This document shows positions 31,937 through 46,638 of a stretch of 64,000 bases of DNA, piece by piece. Origin of the DNA: Methanocaldococcus sp. 28A (GTDB lineage: Archaea; AGJL01; Methanococci; Methanococcales; Methanocaldococcaceae); NCBI GenBank assembly GCA_049852185.1, contig CP187540.1; one strand, 5' to 3'. A model generated the notes under the pieces. That model was given only the letters and a program-made list of their open reading frames with translations, ran no database searches and was not told where the DNA came from. The translations under genes were made by a program, and so were the position numbers. Numbering within the stretch: position 1 is the first letter of the stretch; each line of letters begins with the position of its first letter.

Positions 31937-32536
31937 ATGGACGCTTTAATTATGGCTGGTGGCAAAGGTAGTAGAATGGGATATGTGGAAAAGCCATTAG
32001 TTAAGGTTAATGGAAGATGTCTTATAGATTATGTCATTTTCCCTTTATTAAAATCAAAGGTAAAAAATATATTCATTGCTGTATCTCCCAATACTCCAAA
32101 AACAGAAGAATATGTAATATCAACTTATAAAGGTTATAAAAATATTTCAGTTATAGATACTTCTGGTAATGGGTATATAGAAGATTTAAATGAATGCATT
32201 GAATATTTCTCAGAGCCTTTTTTAGTCGTTAGCTCTGATTTGATTAACTTAACATCGAAAATTATTAATAGTATAGTTGATTATTTTTACTGTATTAAAT
32301 CTAAAAATCCAGATGTTGAATCCTTAACAGTTATGATAAATAAAGAAAAGTATCCAAATCCATCAATATCATTTAATAACTTAGTTCCTGTGGGGATAAA
32401 TGTTTTATCCCCAAAGCATGGATATCAAAAAGAAGAAATTATGGTTATTGATAGCTTGGTATTTAATGTTAATACTAAAGAGGATTTAAAACTTGCTGAA
32501 ATACTTTTGAGGAATAACATAAATTTTGAGGGATAA
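31937..32536 (+). CDS. cobY: Adenosylcobinamide-phosphate guanylyltransferase
   Basis: MAGGKGSRM..EKPL, GYIEDL and NVNT motifs. Confidence 0.87.
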   Translation: MDALIMAGGKGSRMGYVEKPLVKVNGRCLIDYVIFPLLKSKVKNIFIAVSPNTPKTEEYVISTYKGYKNISVIDTSGNGYIEDLNECIEYFSEPFLVVSSDLINLTSKIINSIVDYFYCIKSKNPDVESLTVMINKEKYPNPSISFNNLVPVGINVLSPKHGYQKEEIMVIDSLVFNVNTKEDLKLAEILLRNNINFEG

Positions 32537-32537
32537 A

Positions 32538-32804
32538 ATGGAAAAAATTCCAGCTAAGTTGTTATTTGAAAGAAATGTAATAGGAAATATGGGTAGTGTA
32601 ATTGGTAAAGTTAAGAATATTATTTTTGATGAAAAGATTGGAAAATTAGTTTCTTTAGAGATTGAACCAGTTGAACATAGTCCAGTATATATTGAAGAGG
32701 GAAAAAATGTTTTAATTCCTTATAAAATTGTAGTTGCTGTTAAAGATGTTGTCTTAATAGATGAAAAATGTTTAAATAAGGTAAATATAAAACCTTCAAC
32801 TTAA
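32538..32804 (+). CDS. PRC-barrel domain protein
   Basis: GSVIGKVKNIIFDEKIGKL...IPYKIVVAVKDVV. Confidence 0.8.
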   Translation: MEKIPAKLLFERNVIGNMGSVIGKVKNIIFDEKIGKLVSLEIEPVEHSPVYIEEGKNVLIPYKIVVAVKDVVLIDEKCLNKVNIKPST

Positions 32805-32856
32805 TTTTATAATTTTAATTTTAAATATAAATAAAAACTATTTTTTGGTGTAGGAA

Positions 32857-33744
32857 ATGGAATTTACAAAGATGCATGCGCTTGGAAATGATTACATAGT
32901 TATTAACGAATTTGATAGGGAGAAAGTTAAAGAGAAAGATAAAGCAGAATTTTCAAGAAAAATTTGTAGAAGAGGTTTTTCAGTAGGGGCTGATGGGGTT
33001 ATATTTATCCAAAAACCTACATCTGATGAATATGATGTGAGATTTAGAATCTTCAACAGTGATGGTTCTGAGGCAGAGATGTGCGGTAATGGTATAAGAT
33101 GCTTCTCAAAATATGTTTATGAGAGAATAATGAAAAAAAATCCTTTAAAAGTAGAGACAAAAGGAGGTTTAAGAATTTCTGAAATGGAAATAGAAGGAGA
33201 TGAAGTAAAGAAGATTAAAGTTTATATGGGAGTTCCAAAGTTTAAATTAAAAGATATACCAATGGTTATTGAGTGTTATAAGGAAGATGATGAATTTTTA
33301 AATGGAGAGTTAAAATTAAAAAATACATATTTACCTAAAGTTAAGTTAAGTGTTGTTAATGTAGGAAATCCACATGCGGTTATATTTGTTGAAGATAACG
33401 GCATTGATTTAGATTTTGTTAGAAAACATTTAAATGTTATTGGAAAAGAAATAGAACATCATGAAGCATTTCCAGAAAGAATTAATGTGCATTTTGTAAA
33501 GGTTTTAAATCATAATGAAATTAGAATTGTTACTTGGGAAAGAGGGGCCGGATACACAACCGCATGCGGAACAGGAACAACAGCTTCAGTTATTATAGCT
33601 CACAAACTTGGTAAAACAGGGAATAGGGTTTTAGCTCACTTAGATGGTGGAGATTTAGAGATTGAGATTAAGGATGATGGCGTCTATATGATTGGAGATG
33701 CAGTAATGGTTTATGACGCTAAATTATTAAATATTGGATGGTAA
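32857..33744 (+). CDS. dapF: Diaminopimelate epimerase
   Basis: KMHALGNDY, EMCGNGIRC, GNPH and ERGAGYTTACGTG motifs. Confidence 0.96.
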   Translation: MEFTKMHALGNDYIVINEFDREKVKEKDKAEFSRKICRRGFSVGADGVIFIQKPTSDEYDVRFRIFNSDGSEAEMCGNGIRCFSKYVYERIMKKNPLKVETKGGLRISEMEIEGDEVKKIKVYMGVPKFKLKDIPMVIECYKEDDEFLNGELKLKNTYLPKVKLSVVNVGNPHAVIFVEDNGIDLDFVRKHLNVIGKEIEHHEAFPERINVHFVKVLNHNEIRIVTWERGAGYTTACGTGTTASVIIAHKLGKTGNRVLAHLDGGDLEIEIKDDGVYMIGDAVMVYDAKLLNIGW

Positions 33745-33747
33745 ATT

Positions 33748-34602
33748 ATGAAAGATATAAAAATTAACTTAAGTATTGAATACAACGGAAAATTAATTAC
33801 TCCAAATCAAATAAAACTTTTAATGGCTTTACATAAAACAAAATCCCAAAATGAGGCATCTAAGTTATTAAATATATCCCCTTCTTCATTTAATATTCAA
33901 TTAAAGAGATTAGAAAATAAGTTGAGAGTGAAACTATACTATTCCTCTCCAAATGGGACTATTTTAACAGATGCAGGATTGGAAATTTTAGAAACCTACA
34001 ACATACATAGTAAAAGGCTAAAACCTCACTTTTTTACAGTTTCTGGATTTGTGAGTGGAGAGATTGCCAAAATATTATTTGAAAATCCACTAATAACATC
34101 TTTTGATAATGCTTTAAGATTATTAAAAATGGGTTTTGTTGATATTTTGGGAGTTGATGACAGTTATTGGATTTATAGGGTAGGTGATGAGAGGTTTTTA
34201 AAGTCAGAAATTGGTAGCACTGATTTTAATATATTTTTAATAGCCTATGACAACTTTGTAATGGTTAGTAAAAAAGAGTTTGATTACAAAAATTTAGTGG
34301 GAATTAGATTTAGCTCTCAAAGAATAGTTTATAATATTTTAAAGAAGGAAGGGATAAAATTTAAGGTAAAAATTAAAACAAAAAATCCATTTAGAGCTAT
34401 AGAGTTAGTTGAAGAGGGCTATAGCTTATTTTTAAATGAGAGCTTGTTAAGATATGTAAATGATTTTAATGTAATTTATCCTAAATTTTATGAAAAGACA
34501 GTTCATGCAATAAACTTTATAAGTTTTGGTAAAGACGTTAAGATAGATAAAAAAGAACTTAAAAAAATAAAAAAATTGGGGTTTAAGTATGAATGCTTTT
34601 GA
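33748..34602 (+). CDS. LysR/ModE-type HTH transcriptional regulator
   Basis: SQNEASKLLNISPSS..LKRLENKL..LTDAG. Confidence 0.8.
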   Translation: MKDIKINLSIEYNGKLITPNQIKLLMALHKTKSQNEASKLLNISPSSFNIQLKRLENKLRVKLYYSSPNGTILTDAGLEILETYNIHSKRLKPHFFTVSGFVSGEIAKILFENPLITSFDNALRLLKMGFVDILGVDDSYWIYRVGDERFLKSEIGSTDFNIFLIAYDNFVMVSKKEFDYKNLVGIRFSSQRIVYNILKKEGIKFKVKIKTKNPFRAIELVEEGYSLFLNESLLRYVNDFNVIYPKFYEKTVHAINFISFGKDVKIDKKELKKIKKLGFKYECF

Positions 34603-35248
34603 CAAATACGCTGAAGAATATGATAGATGGTTTGATGAAAACTTTATTATTTACAAATCAGAGATTGAGGCATTAAAAAGGCATATTCCAAAAGGAAAAG
34701 GATTAGAAATTGGTGTAGGAACTGGAAGATTTGCCAAACCTTTTAATATAAAAATTGGTGTTGATGTATCAAAAGAAATGGCAAAAATAGCTGAAAAGAG
34801 AGGAATAAAAGTTGTAATAGCAAAGGGTGAAGATTTACCTTTTAAAGATGAAGAGTTTGATTTTGTTTTAATAAATACTGTTTTGGAATTTTCAGAAAAT
34901 CCAAAAAAGATGATAGAAGAAGCAAAGAGAGTTTTAAAGAAGGGGGGGAGGATAATTATTGGAATTATAGATAAGAATAGCTTTTTAGGAAAGATATATG
35001 AAGAAAAAAAGGAAAAGAGTTTATTTTATAGGGATGCTAATTTTTTATCTGCAAAAGATGTTATAGAAATGCTAAATGAGTTAGGATTTAAAAATATAAA
35101 ATCTACTCAGACAATTTTTAAAGAAATTGATAAAGTTGATAAGGTTGAATTTAAAGAAGGTTATGGAGAAGGAGGATTTGTAGCCATCTCTGCTGAAAAA
35201 GTTTATAATTGTATGAGTTTGGACAAAAAGCGTATAAATAATAAATAA
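34589..35248 (+). CDS. Class I SAM-dependent methyltransferase
   Basis: LEIGVGTGRF, EDLPFKDEEFD and RVLKKGG motifs. Confidence 0.88.
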   Translation: MNAFDKYAEEYDRWFDENFIIYKSEIEALKRHIPKGKGLEIGVGTGRFAKPFNIKIGVDVSKEMAKIAEKRGIKVVIAKGEDLPFKDEEFDFVLINTVLEFSENPKKMIEEAKRVLKKGGRIIIGIIDKNSFLGKIYEEKKEKSLFYRDANFLSAKDVIEMLNELGFKNIKSTQTIFKEIDKVDKVEFKEGYGEGGFVAISAEKVYNCMSLDKKRINNK

Positions 35249-35624
35249 CAAAAATAACGAGGATGTGAATGGATATAAAACGATATTTTATGTATTTTAG
35301 CAGATAAAGTATATGCATCAAGGTTAAACGCTCAATTAATAGCCAATAAAATAGAAAACCGTTTATAAACGTAATGCAATACAATTAGGACTTTCGCAAC
35401 TATGTTTAGGTATTCTGATATATTATTTACAATAATCTATTTCCAGATATTATAATAGGATTTTCGGTATTTCCAATTTCTTCAATTCTTTATCCCTATC
35501 TTTTTTTGTTATATCTCTTTTATCATTATATTTGTATACTTATACCTTTGATTGAGAACAATGGTATAAAAACCCAATTCAAATAAAATAATTTAAATTT
35601 TAAAAGTTAAAAAATAAAATATAG

Positions 35625-35895
35625 GTGGGTATGGGGGCTATAGCCCGCCTTCTGTAATTTCGGTGACATTCGGCTAAGCGCCGATACCGGCTTGCACCCC
35701 GGGTAGGGAAGATGCCCGTTTCACCGGTTCTCCGGAAGTCCTCAACTTTTACTATCATCGTCATCTCTTCCGGAGCCGTGTCGTTTCTGTTGCATCTTCC
35801 GCCCCTTCTCAGGGGACACTACCCATAAATGGGGTGGGCGGAACTTCCTCCCCTCTTATCTTAAAGAGGGGAAAGTCACCAGCCCCCTTACCCGC
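35625..35895 (-). ncRNA. rnpB: RNase P RNA, type M
   Basis: Reverse complement contains GAGGAAGTTCCGCC and ACAGAAGGCGGGCTAT (P4 pairing) and the P1 stem GGGGGCT/AGCCCCC; own TTTATATA box about 25 nt upstream. Confidence 0.95.
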
Positions 35896-35954
35896 GTAAC
35901 TTTCTTAACTTAAAATTTAAATATATAAATATTATCTTCTAAAATAATAAAAAT

Positions 35955-36072
35955 GGCCGGCGGCGTCGCCCCTTTCCCGCCAGATGGCAGTACTCGGGGC
36001 ATCGCTGGGGGGCTTAACTTCCGAGTTCGGGATGGGTTCGGGTGTGGCCCCCCCGCTATGACCGCCGTACCA
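35955..36072 (-). rRNA. rrf: 5S rRNA
   Basis: GGTACGGCGGTCATAGCGGG...CCCATCCCGAACTCGGAAGTTAAGCC. Confidence 0.96.
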
Positions 36073-36138
36073 AGAAATAAATAGTGCCTTTTTAGGCCAT
36101 GCATAGGCTTCCACATCCGCTTAGTGTCTGGATACCCT

Positions 36139-39136
<2,998 letters not shown>

Positions 39137-39238
39137 AGAGTATCCAGATTTCACCGGGATGTGGAAGCCTATGCATGGCCCTCATGTTTTTCAGGCCCTT
39201 CACCTGCAACTCTTTAGAGTCGCAGGCTGCATATATAG

Positions 39239-39311
39239 TGGACCCGGTGGGATTTGAACCCACGGCCTCCGGCTTGCAAGGCCGGCGCTCTCCCAGCTGA
39301 GCTACGGGCCC
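39239..39311 (-). tRNA. tRNA-Ala(TGC) in the 16S-23S spacer
   Basis: GGGCCCGTAGCTCAGCTGGGAGAGCG CCGGC-CT-TGC-AA-GCCGG...; G3:U70 pair; CCA is not encoded. Confidence 0.96.
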
Positions 39312-39375
39312 ACTTTCCCTATGAGGCAAGCCCACGACTGGTTTGGTGCCCCGCAGCAACCAGCACTTTTTTCTC

Positions 39376-40857
<1,482 letters not shown>

Positions 40858-41091
40858 TAAGTAGGAGCACGGTCGCAAGAAAGGATAAACCTTTCTTGCG
40901 GCTGGTTGCTGCGGGGTTTCACCACCAGTCGTGGGCTTGCCTCAGCCCCAACCCCTTCGGATTGGGGACGCATCCTTCGAGTGCATCCTATAGTGAGAAG
41001 TTGTTATATGTAATGTTTTTAGGTATTGAATTAATAATATTATGCCCAATAAAAAATATAGTTCATACGATAAATTAATTAATGATAGGGG

Positions 41092-41774
41092 ATATCATAA
41101 AATAAACAGAAAATTTAATATTTTATAATATCAAATAGTTATTAAAAAAATAGGGGATGATAGAACAATGAACGACATAAGATTGTCGGCTATAAAATCA
41201 TTTAATGAATTTAACGAATTCATAAACAAAGTTTTGCGAATTAATCTAAGGATTTATCGAGTTGAAGATTATACAAGAGGATTTATAAAGGCAATGTCGA
41301 ATAATACATATTTAGAGACCATTAGCAAGCTAAATTATCCATCGGCAGACTCTTACTATCGATATATAAATAAGGCAGGTAATTCTATGTTTAAAGAAAT
41401 TTATAAATCTTTTGTTAAAAATATATTTAATAATTTAAAAAAACAATAGAAATTTTTGCCTATCGATAGATACGCATTATTATGGTAATAATTTAGATTT
41501 AGAATTAATTTATGAATATAGAAAAGAGAGGAGCAGTACTGGTTCATATAAATATATAGCTGCTACTTTACATACTGAAGATTTTTCGTTAATAATCTAT
41601 TGTAATTATTCTTGTTAGATGCGTTATTCATAACTTTTGGATTAAAATAAAAGAAGTGTTTCTTTAAAATTCTTCATCGTCGAAATATGTAAGTTATTAG
41701 ATGAATTCGATTATTCAATCATGGTTATGCGTAATACTCGGTTGTATATGTCTAATGCATATTCGTAGATACTG
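41092..41774 (+). mobile_element. Second degenerate ISH3-family copy (left TIR lost, large internal deletion)
   Basis: Homologous to 3685-4778; right TIR ATATTCGTAGATACTG matches the left TIR of copy 1 at 15/16 positions. Confidence 0.75.
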
Positions 41775-41892
41775 TAGAACATTTAAACAATAAACATATC
41801 TTTCTATAAAGTAATTAAAGGAGGGTAGTAAAGAACTAATAAAGAATGGACTATCATAATCACACCGTCAGTAAATAAAGATAACATTTTTA

Positions 41893-41930
41893 ATATATTC
41901 AATAAAAAATTTGTTACTGCGAAAGTCCTA
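41893..41930. repeat. Half MITE, family B
   Basis: ATATTCAATAAAAAAT...CTGCGAAAGTCCTA, similar to 8027-8062. Confidence 0.7.
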
Positions 41931-41954
41931 TCTTTAAAAAATCTTTAAAAAAGA

Positions 41955-42021
41955 TTTGGCTCAGCTGCGGGAGTAGTCATCATCTAAATAATCAGATAGC
42001 GAAATTGTCATCATCGCCAAA
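41955..42021 (-). ncRNA. Box C/D 2'-O-methylation guide sRNA
   Basis: Reverse complement reads TTTGGCG-ATGATGA-CAATTTCGCTAT-CTGA-TTATTTAG-ATGATGA-CTACTCCCGCAG-CTGA-GCCAAA: four perfect boxes, two 12-nt guides and a terminal stem. Confidence 0.93.
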
Positions 42022-42025
42022 TTTT

Positions 42026-42976
42026 TTATAAATCTCCTATCATACCTTTAACAATTATTTCAGTTGCTTCATCCTCATCTAATCCTTTGGCCATCAATGT
42101 TTCCAATTGCTTTTTATCGACACTTCCAATAGCAGCTTCATGAGTTATCCTTGCTCTCTCATCCCTTACTACAACTATTGGACTTGATTCAACTTCTGCA
42201 TTTCCTTTAATAATCTCAGCACAGTCAATATGCCCTTTACTATAAGGGGCATTACCTTCAATTTTTAAGTTTAAAGTTATTTTGGAATTGTCCATTGCCG
42301 CTCCTCTACTTTTTAAGATACACTTGGCATTTTCTCCATCCAACTTAACAACTTCATTAATCTTAACAACATCATCTTTTATTGCATAAGTTCTTGTCAT
42401 TACATCAACTATTGCATCTTTTTTAGCAACAATCTCCTGATTAACATCTAAAACTCCTATCCTACCTTTTGTTAATGTGAAGTTTGAAATATAAACACCT
42501 CCCTCTCCAATTTCTACCTTTACCGTTGGTTTAACTAATATATCCCCTTCCATACCATGGTAATGGAATTCATTATAAGAAAATTTGGCATTCTTTCCTA
42601 TCTTTATAACACCATTCATTATATGCTTAATTCCCTTACCTTTTGGGAATGAGCAATGAGACATTAATGAGATAGCGCTATCATCTTCTAAAATAATTTC
42701 GACATCTATAATTTGAGAGATGTTTTCTTCTGTAATTCCAAAGCACATATGGATTGGTTGTTTAAATTTATAGCCCTTTTTAACAATGATTTTTGCTTTT
42801 ATCTTTCCATCTTCTTCTTTTCCTTCTAATATTATTCCCTCAACATCTTTCACATCAATAATTTTACTTTCTTTAACAATCATTCTCGGTCCTTTACCAT
42901 GAACAATTTCTTCAGGCTTTTCGGAAGTATATTTTATTGCCTCAATAATTTCCATTAATTCTTCTTTGATACTCAT
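42026..42976 (-). CDS. sufB: SufB/SufD-family Fe-S scaffold protein
   Basis: IHMCFG, GHIDCAEI and THEAAIGSV..QLETLMAKGL motifs. Confidence 0.88.
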   Translation of the reverse strand: MSIKEELMEIIEAIKYTSEKPEEIVHGKGPRMIVKESKIIDVKDVEGIILEGKEEDGKIKAKIIVKKGYKFKQPIHMCFGITEENISQIIDVEIILEDDSAISLMSHCSFPKGKGIKHIMNGVIKIGKNAKFSYNEFHYHGMEGDILVKPTVKVEIGEGGVYISNFTLTKGRIGVLDVNQEIVAKKDAIVDVMTRTYAIKDDVVKINEVVKLDGENAKCILKSRGAAMDNSKITLNLKIEGNAPYSKGHIDCAEIIKGNAEVESSPIVVVRDERARITHEAAIGSVDKKQLETLMAKGLDEDEATEIIVKGMIGDL

Positions 42977-43003
42977 AAGAATCCCTCATTATATTTTAAA
43001 ATT

Positions 43004-43735
43004 TTATTGAAATGGTTTATAACATTTTCCACATCTTTTTTTGTAGAATTCTCCAACTTCTTTTGGATTTCCAGTTTTTATAACTTCTCCAGCACAAATT
43101 AAGGAAGCTCTGTCAGCATGTTCAGCTAACTCTTCTCTATGTGTGACAACTAATAAAGAGCAACCTTTTTCTTTTAAATAATCAAAAACTCTTTTAATTT
43201 CATCAAATGATACAATGTCTATCCCACTATCTGGTTCATCCAATATTGCTAAATCTGGCTCTATACATATTATTGAGGCCAACTCTATCCTTTTCCTTTC
43301 TCCTCCACTCAAAGTTTCATCTACATATCTATCTAAATACTTATCTGGGTTTAAATTAACTAATTTCAAGGCTTCTCTAATTTTTTCTTCAGCTTTTTCT
43401 TTATCTTTTTTATATTTTTCATTCATTCCGAGCATTAAATAAGTCCTAACTTTAATTCCTTCAAATCTTGCTGGTTCTTGCCAAGCTAATGTTATTCCCA
43501 TTCTCGCTCTTTCAGTAATGTTTTTATCGGTTATATCTACACCTTTAAATATAATTTTTCCTTTAGTTGGCTTATATCCAGAAACTCCCATTATTGTATA
43601 AGCTAAAGTTGATTTTCCTGCTCCATTAGGTCCTATAATCACATGAATCTCATTTTCCTTTATATCTACATTTACTCCTTTTAAAATTTCTCTATTTCCT
43701 CTATAAACATGCAAGTCCTCTACTTTTAATAACAT
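43004..43735 (-). CDS. sufC: SufC-type ABC ATPase
   Basis: GPNGAGKST, LSGGERKR and ILDEPDSGID; adjacent to the sufB-like gene. Confidence 0.88.
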   Translation of the reverse strand: MLLKVEDLHVYRGNREILKGVNVDIKENEIHVIIGPNGAGKSTLAYTIMGVSGYKPTKGKIIFKGVDITDKNITERARMGITLAWQEPARFEGIKVRTYLMLGMNEKYKKDKEKAEEKIREALKLVNLNPDKYLDRYVDETLSGGERKRIELASIICIEPDLAILDEPDSGIDIVSFDEIKRVFDYLKEKGCSLLVVTHREELAEHADRASLICAGEVIKTGNPKEVGEFYKKRCGKCYKPFQ

Positions 43736-43941
43736 GATACTCACCAAAAATTATAAATAGGTCTTTTGTGAATGTTCATTAAAAGCGGATATATTTTTAT
43801 TTAATAATTATATACAATAAAAAGATTTCCCTTAAGCTTCATTTATTCAAAATTTGAAAAATATTATAAATAATAAATAATAAAAAAATAATAAAAACCA
43901 AAAGCCAGGTCTCTTTGGACTGGCGACCATCGGGTGATAGA

Positions 43942-44403
43942 ATGGCAAGAATGCATGCAAGAAAAAGAGGTCGCTCCGGTTCAAAGAGACCCGTCAGGAA
44001 AGAAGTTCCTGAATGGGTCCAATACACACCGGAGCAAGTAGAGCAGTTAGTAGTAGAGTTAGCTAAGAAAGGTTATCAGTCAGCACAGATTGGTTTGATA
44101 TTAAGAGATACTTATGGAATCCCAGATGTTAAATTAATAACAGGTAAAAAGATAAGCAAGATAATGAAAGAACACGGGTTATATCCAAAAGTTCCAGAAG
44201 ATTTATTAAACTTAATGAGAAGAGCTGTTAACTTAAGAAAACACTTAGAACAGCATCCAAAAGACTTACATTCAAAGAGAGGTTTACAGTTAATTGAGTC
44301 AAAGATTAGAAGATTGGTTAAATACTACAAATCAAAAGGAGTTTTACCAGCAGATTGGAGATACACACCAGAAACAGCAAGATTGTTGGTCGAGCAGGCA
44401 TAA
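43942..44403 (+). CDS. rps15: 30S ribosomal protein S15 (uS15)
   Basis: [14 protein letters not shown]...[16 protein letters not shown]; GGGTGA SD. Confidence 0.96.
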
Positions 44404-44458
44404 AGTTTTTCTTTTTTTCTCTTTTATTTTCAAAATTAAAAGTTTGATAAGTGATTTT

Positions 44459-45172
44459 ATGGAGGAAAAAATTAAAATTAAAGATTTTTATATAACAGTT
44501 GATAGATGTTTAATTTATAAGGATTATGGTATAATAGCTGACATGCATATTGGCTTTGATGTCTTTTTTGGCGAAGGAGGAGCTAATTTCCCCTTATTGC
44601 AGAAAGATATGGTTATAAAAAAAGCTTTAAATATAATTGAAAAATATAAAATTAACAATTTAATAATTAATGGGGATGTGAAGCATAATTTTAAGCCCTA
44701 TCCAAGAGAAATTAAGTTTTTAAATGAGTTTATTGATTTTATGAGAGAGTATGTTAATATTATTTTAATTAAGGGAAATCATGACACTTTTATCTCATCT
44801 GTTGGCTGTGAAATTTTTGATTATTTTGAAATTGGAAATTATTTAATTTTTCATGGAGATAAAGAAATAGACAATAAAGAGTTATTAAAAAATAAGTTTT
44901 GGATTTTGGGTCATGAGCATCCATCAATAAAACTTAGGGATGAAGTTGGAGCAATTATGAAATTTCCAGTTTATTTATTAAATAAAAAATATATTGTTTT
45001 ACCAGCATTTAATCCACTATCACCCGGAAGTGATTTAATTAACAATCCTACTTCTTCAAAAGTTATAAAAAAGGATTACTTAGATGCAGAGATTATAGCA
45101 ATAACTGATATAGGTTTATTGAACTTTGGAACACTTAAAGAGTTGAGAGAATTTGCTAAATCTTATTTATAA
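44459..45172 (+). CDS. Calcineurin-like metallophosphoesterase
   Basis: ADMHIG, NGDVKH, KGNHD, HGD and GHEHP motifs. Confidence 0.88.
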   Translation: MEEKIKIKDFYITVDRCLIYKDYGIIADMHIGFDVFFGEGGANFPLLQKDMVIKKALNIIEKYKINNLIINGDVKHNFKPYPREIKFLNEFIDFMREYVNIILIKGNHDTFISSVGCEIFDYFEIGNYLIFHGDKEIDNKELLKNKFWILGHEHPSIKLRDEVGAIMKFPVYLLNKKYIVLPAFNPLSPGSDLINNPTSSKVIKKDYLDAEIIAITDIGLLNFGTLKELREFAKSYL

Positions 45173-45177
45173 AACTT

Positions 45178-45831
45178 TTATTCTTTTAGGTAGTATGCCA
45201 TTTCATCTTCATTAAGTATAATTCCCTTTTTCCATTTTACAAATAAGTAATATTTATTTTTTTTATCATCTGAAAGCTCTTTTTCAACTCTTTTAGCTAT
45301 AATTCTTACGGGGTTCTTTCCTATCCTCTCCTCAAAGTCCTTAAAGCTTTCAAATTTTTTTGCTTCCCTTTCTTCAATAATTTTCCACATATATTTCTTT
45401 TTGATTTCTGGTAGCAATTCTAAGGTGTGTAATCTTGTAGTTATTGGAGGACATTCATTAAAAAATCTAATAAATCTATCTTCTTGCATTTTAACAGCTT
45501 CCATTATAACATATAGAAGCTCTGACTTAGCTGTTGGAGTTAAATTATCATATTTAATCATTCTTCTAACGTGGTCAATCTTATCCCTCTTCCCTTTTCC
45601 AATATAAACTCTTTCACCCAATTGAATATCAACATTTGGTTTTGGAACCATCTCCATTAATACAAATTGGAATTCTCCTAGTCCTTGAACTATTGGCTCA
45701 TCAGGTTTGTTTGGATAACCGTAAGGTAGATAATCTAAAACCCATGCGTAGTTTTCAAATTTTTGAGGCTTATTTTTTTTAGGAAATCTCGTTCTTTCTT
45801 TATTTTGTTTTTTATATTGCCCTCTAACCAT
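45178..45831 (-). CDS. DUF655 family putative nucleic-acid-binding protein
   Basis: YAWVLDYLP, RLHTLELLP and FESFKD; conserved neighbour of rpoF. Confidence 0.82.
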   Translation of the reverse strand: MVRGQYKKQNKERTRFPKKNKPQKFENYAWVLDYLPYGYPNKPDEPIVQGLGEFQFVLMEMVPKPNVDIQLGERVYIGKGKRDKIDHVRRMIKYDNLTPTAKSELLYVIMEAVKMQEDRFIRFFNECPPITTRLHTLELLPEIKKKYMWKIIEEREAKKFESFKDFEERIGKNPVRIIAKRVEKELSDDKKNKYYLFVKWKKGIILNEDEMAYYLKE

Positions 45832-45881
45832 AAAATTTCACCTTTTATTTAAATCTACAAATTTAAAGAAGTAATAAAAAA

Positions 45882-46205
45882 TTAGATGTATTTCCTAACC
45901 GTTTCTAAAATTTCCTCAGCGTTTTTAGGCAAATCTCTTTTGTAGTATATTGCTCTCAAATCATCCAAATCTTCGGGTAGAATATCAGCTATTTTAACTG
46001 CGGTTTTTTCATCTACTCCTAAAGATATCAACTCCTCGACCAATTTTTTTGCCTCTTCTTTATCTAACTTGGCAAATTTTTGTAAATAATCTAAGGCACA
46101 TCCCTGTTCATAGGATAACTCTCCAATCTGAGCTCTCTCTTCCATGATTTCAGCAGCCTCAGATATTGTCACATATTTCTCTCTAAGAATTTTTTTGCCT
46201 ATCAT
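45882..46205 (-). CDS. rpoF: RNA polymerase subunit F (Rpo4)
   Basis: LSYEQ..ALDYLQKF and AVKIADILP. Confidence 0.92.
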   Translation of the reverse strand: MIGKKILREKYVTISEAAEIMEERAQIGELSYEQGCALDYLQKFAKLDKEEAKKLVEELISLGVDEKTAVKIADILPEDLDDLRAIYYKRDLPKNAEEILETVRKYI

Positions 46206-46341
46206 TCTCTCCCCCTTAATTCAATACAATAAAAATAACATTATTATATTATGACATTATTATAAGGACGAGTATTTAGAATTAAAGAAAAATAATTAAA
46301 GTGTTTTAAAAAATTTAGAGAAATTTAAAAATTTTAAAAAT

Positions 46342-46638
46342 TTAAGCTGTAGCTGGTCTTAAGTGTTGTGGATAAGCAATGATTTGTTTGTATTTTCCTC
46401 CATCTCTTACTTTAACGATAAATGCTCTTCCCTGCTTACCAACAACAATTCCAGTTCTTCCATGGAATCTTGGGTGTGGCATTCCCTTATGGACTGATGG
46501 GTCTATAACTATATGCACATACTCTCCTTCTTTATATTCTTTCAAAGCTCTTGTTATTGGGTAAAGTCCTCTTTCTCTTGGGTGTTTTGATAATTTTTTT
46601 CTTGTTTTTCTTCTAAATCCTTCACTCATTTGAACCAT
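46342..46638 (-). CDS. rpl21e: 50S ribosomal protein L21e
   Basis: [10 protein letters not shown] and [13 protein letters not shown]. Confidence 0.96.
   Translation of the reverse strand: MVQMSEGFRRKTRKKLSKHPRERGLYPITRALKEYKEGEYVHIVIDPSVHKGMPHPRFHGRTGIVVGKQGRAFIVKVRDGGKYKQIIAYPQHLRPATA

Noticed and set aside
35386-35580. Sequence next to a lone family-B terminus considered as a transposase gene
   Set aside because: No recognisable reading frame or motif; only the terminal repeat is supportable.
43915-43941. Upstream TTG start for rps15; likewise the long extension 44294-44458 of the phosphoesterase
   Set aside because: SD positions and family N-termini support the ATGs at 43942 and 44459.
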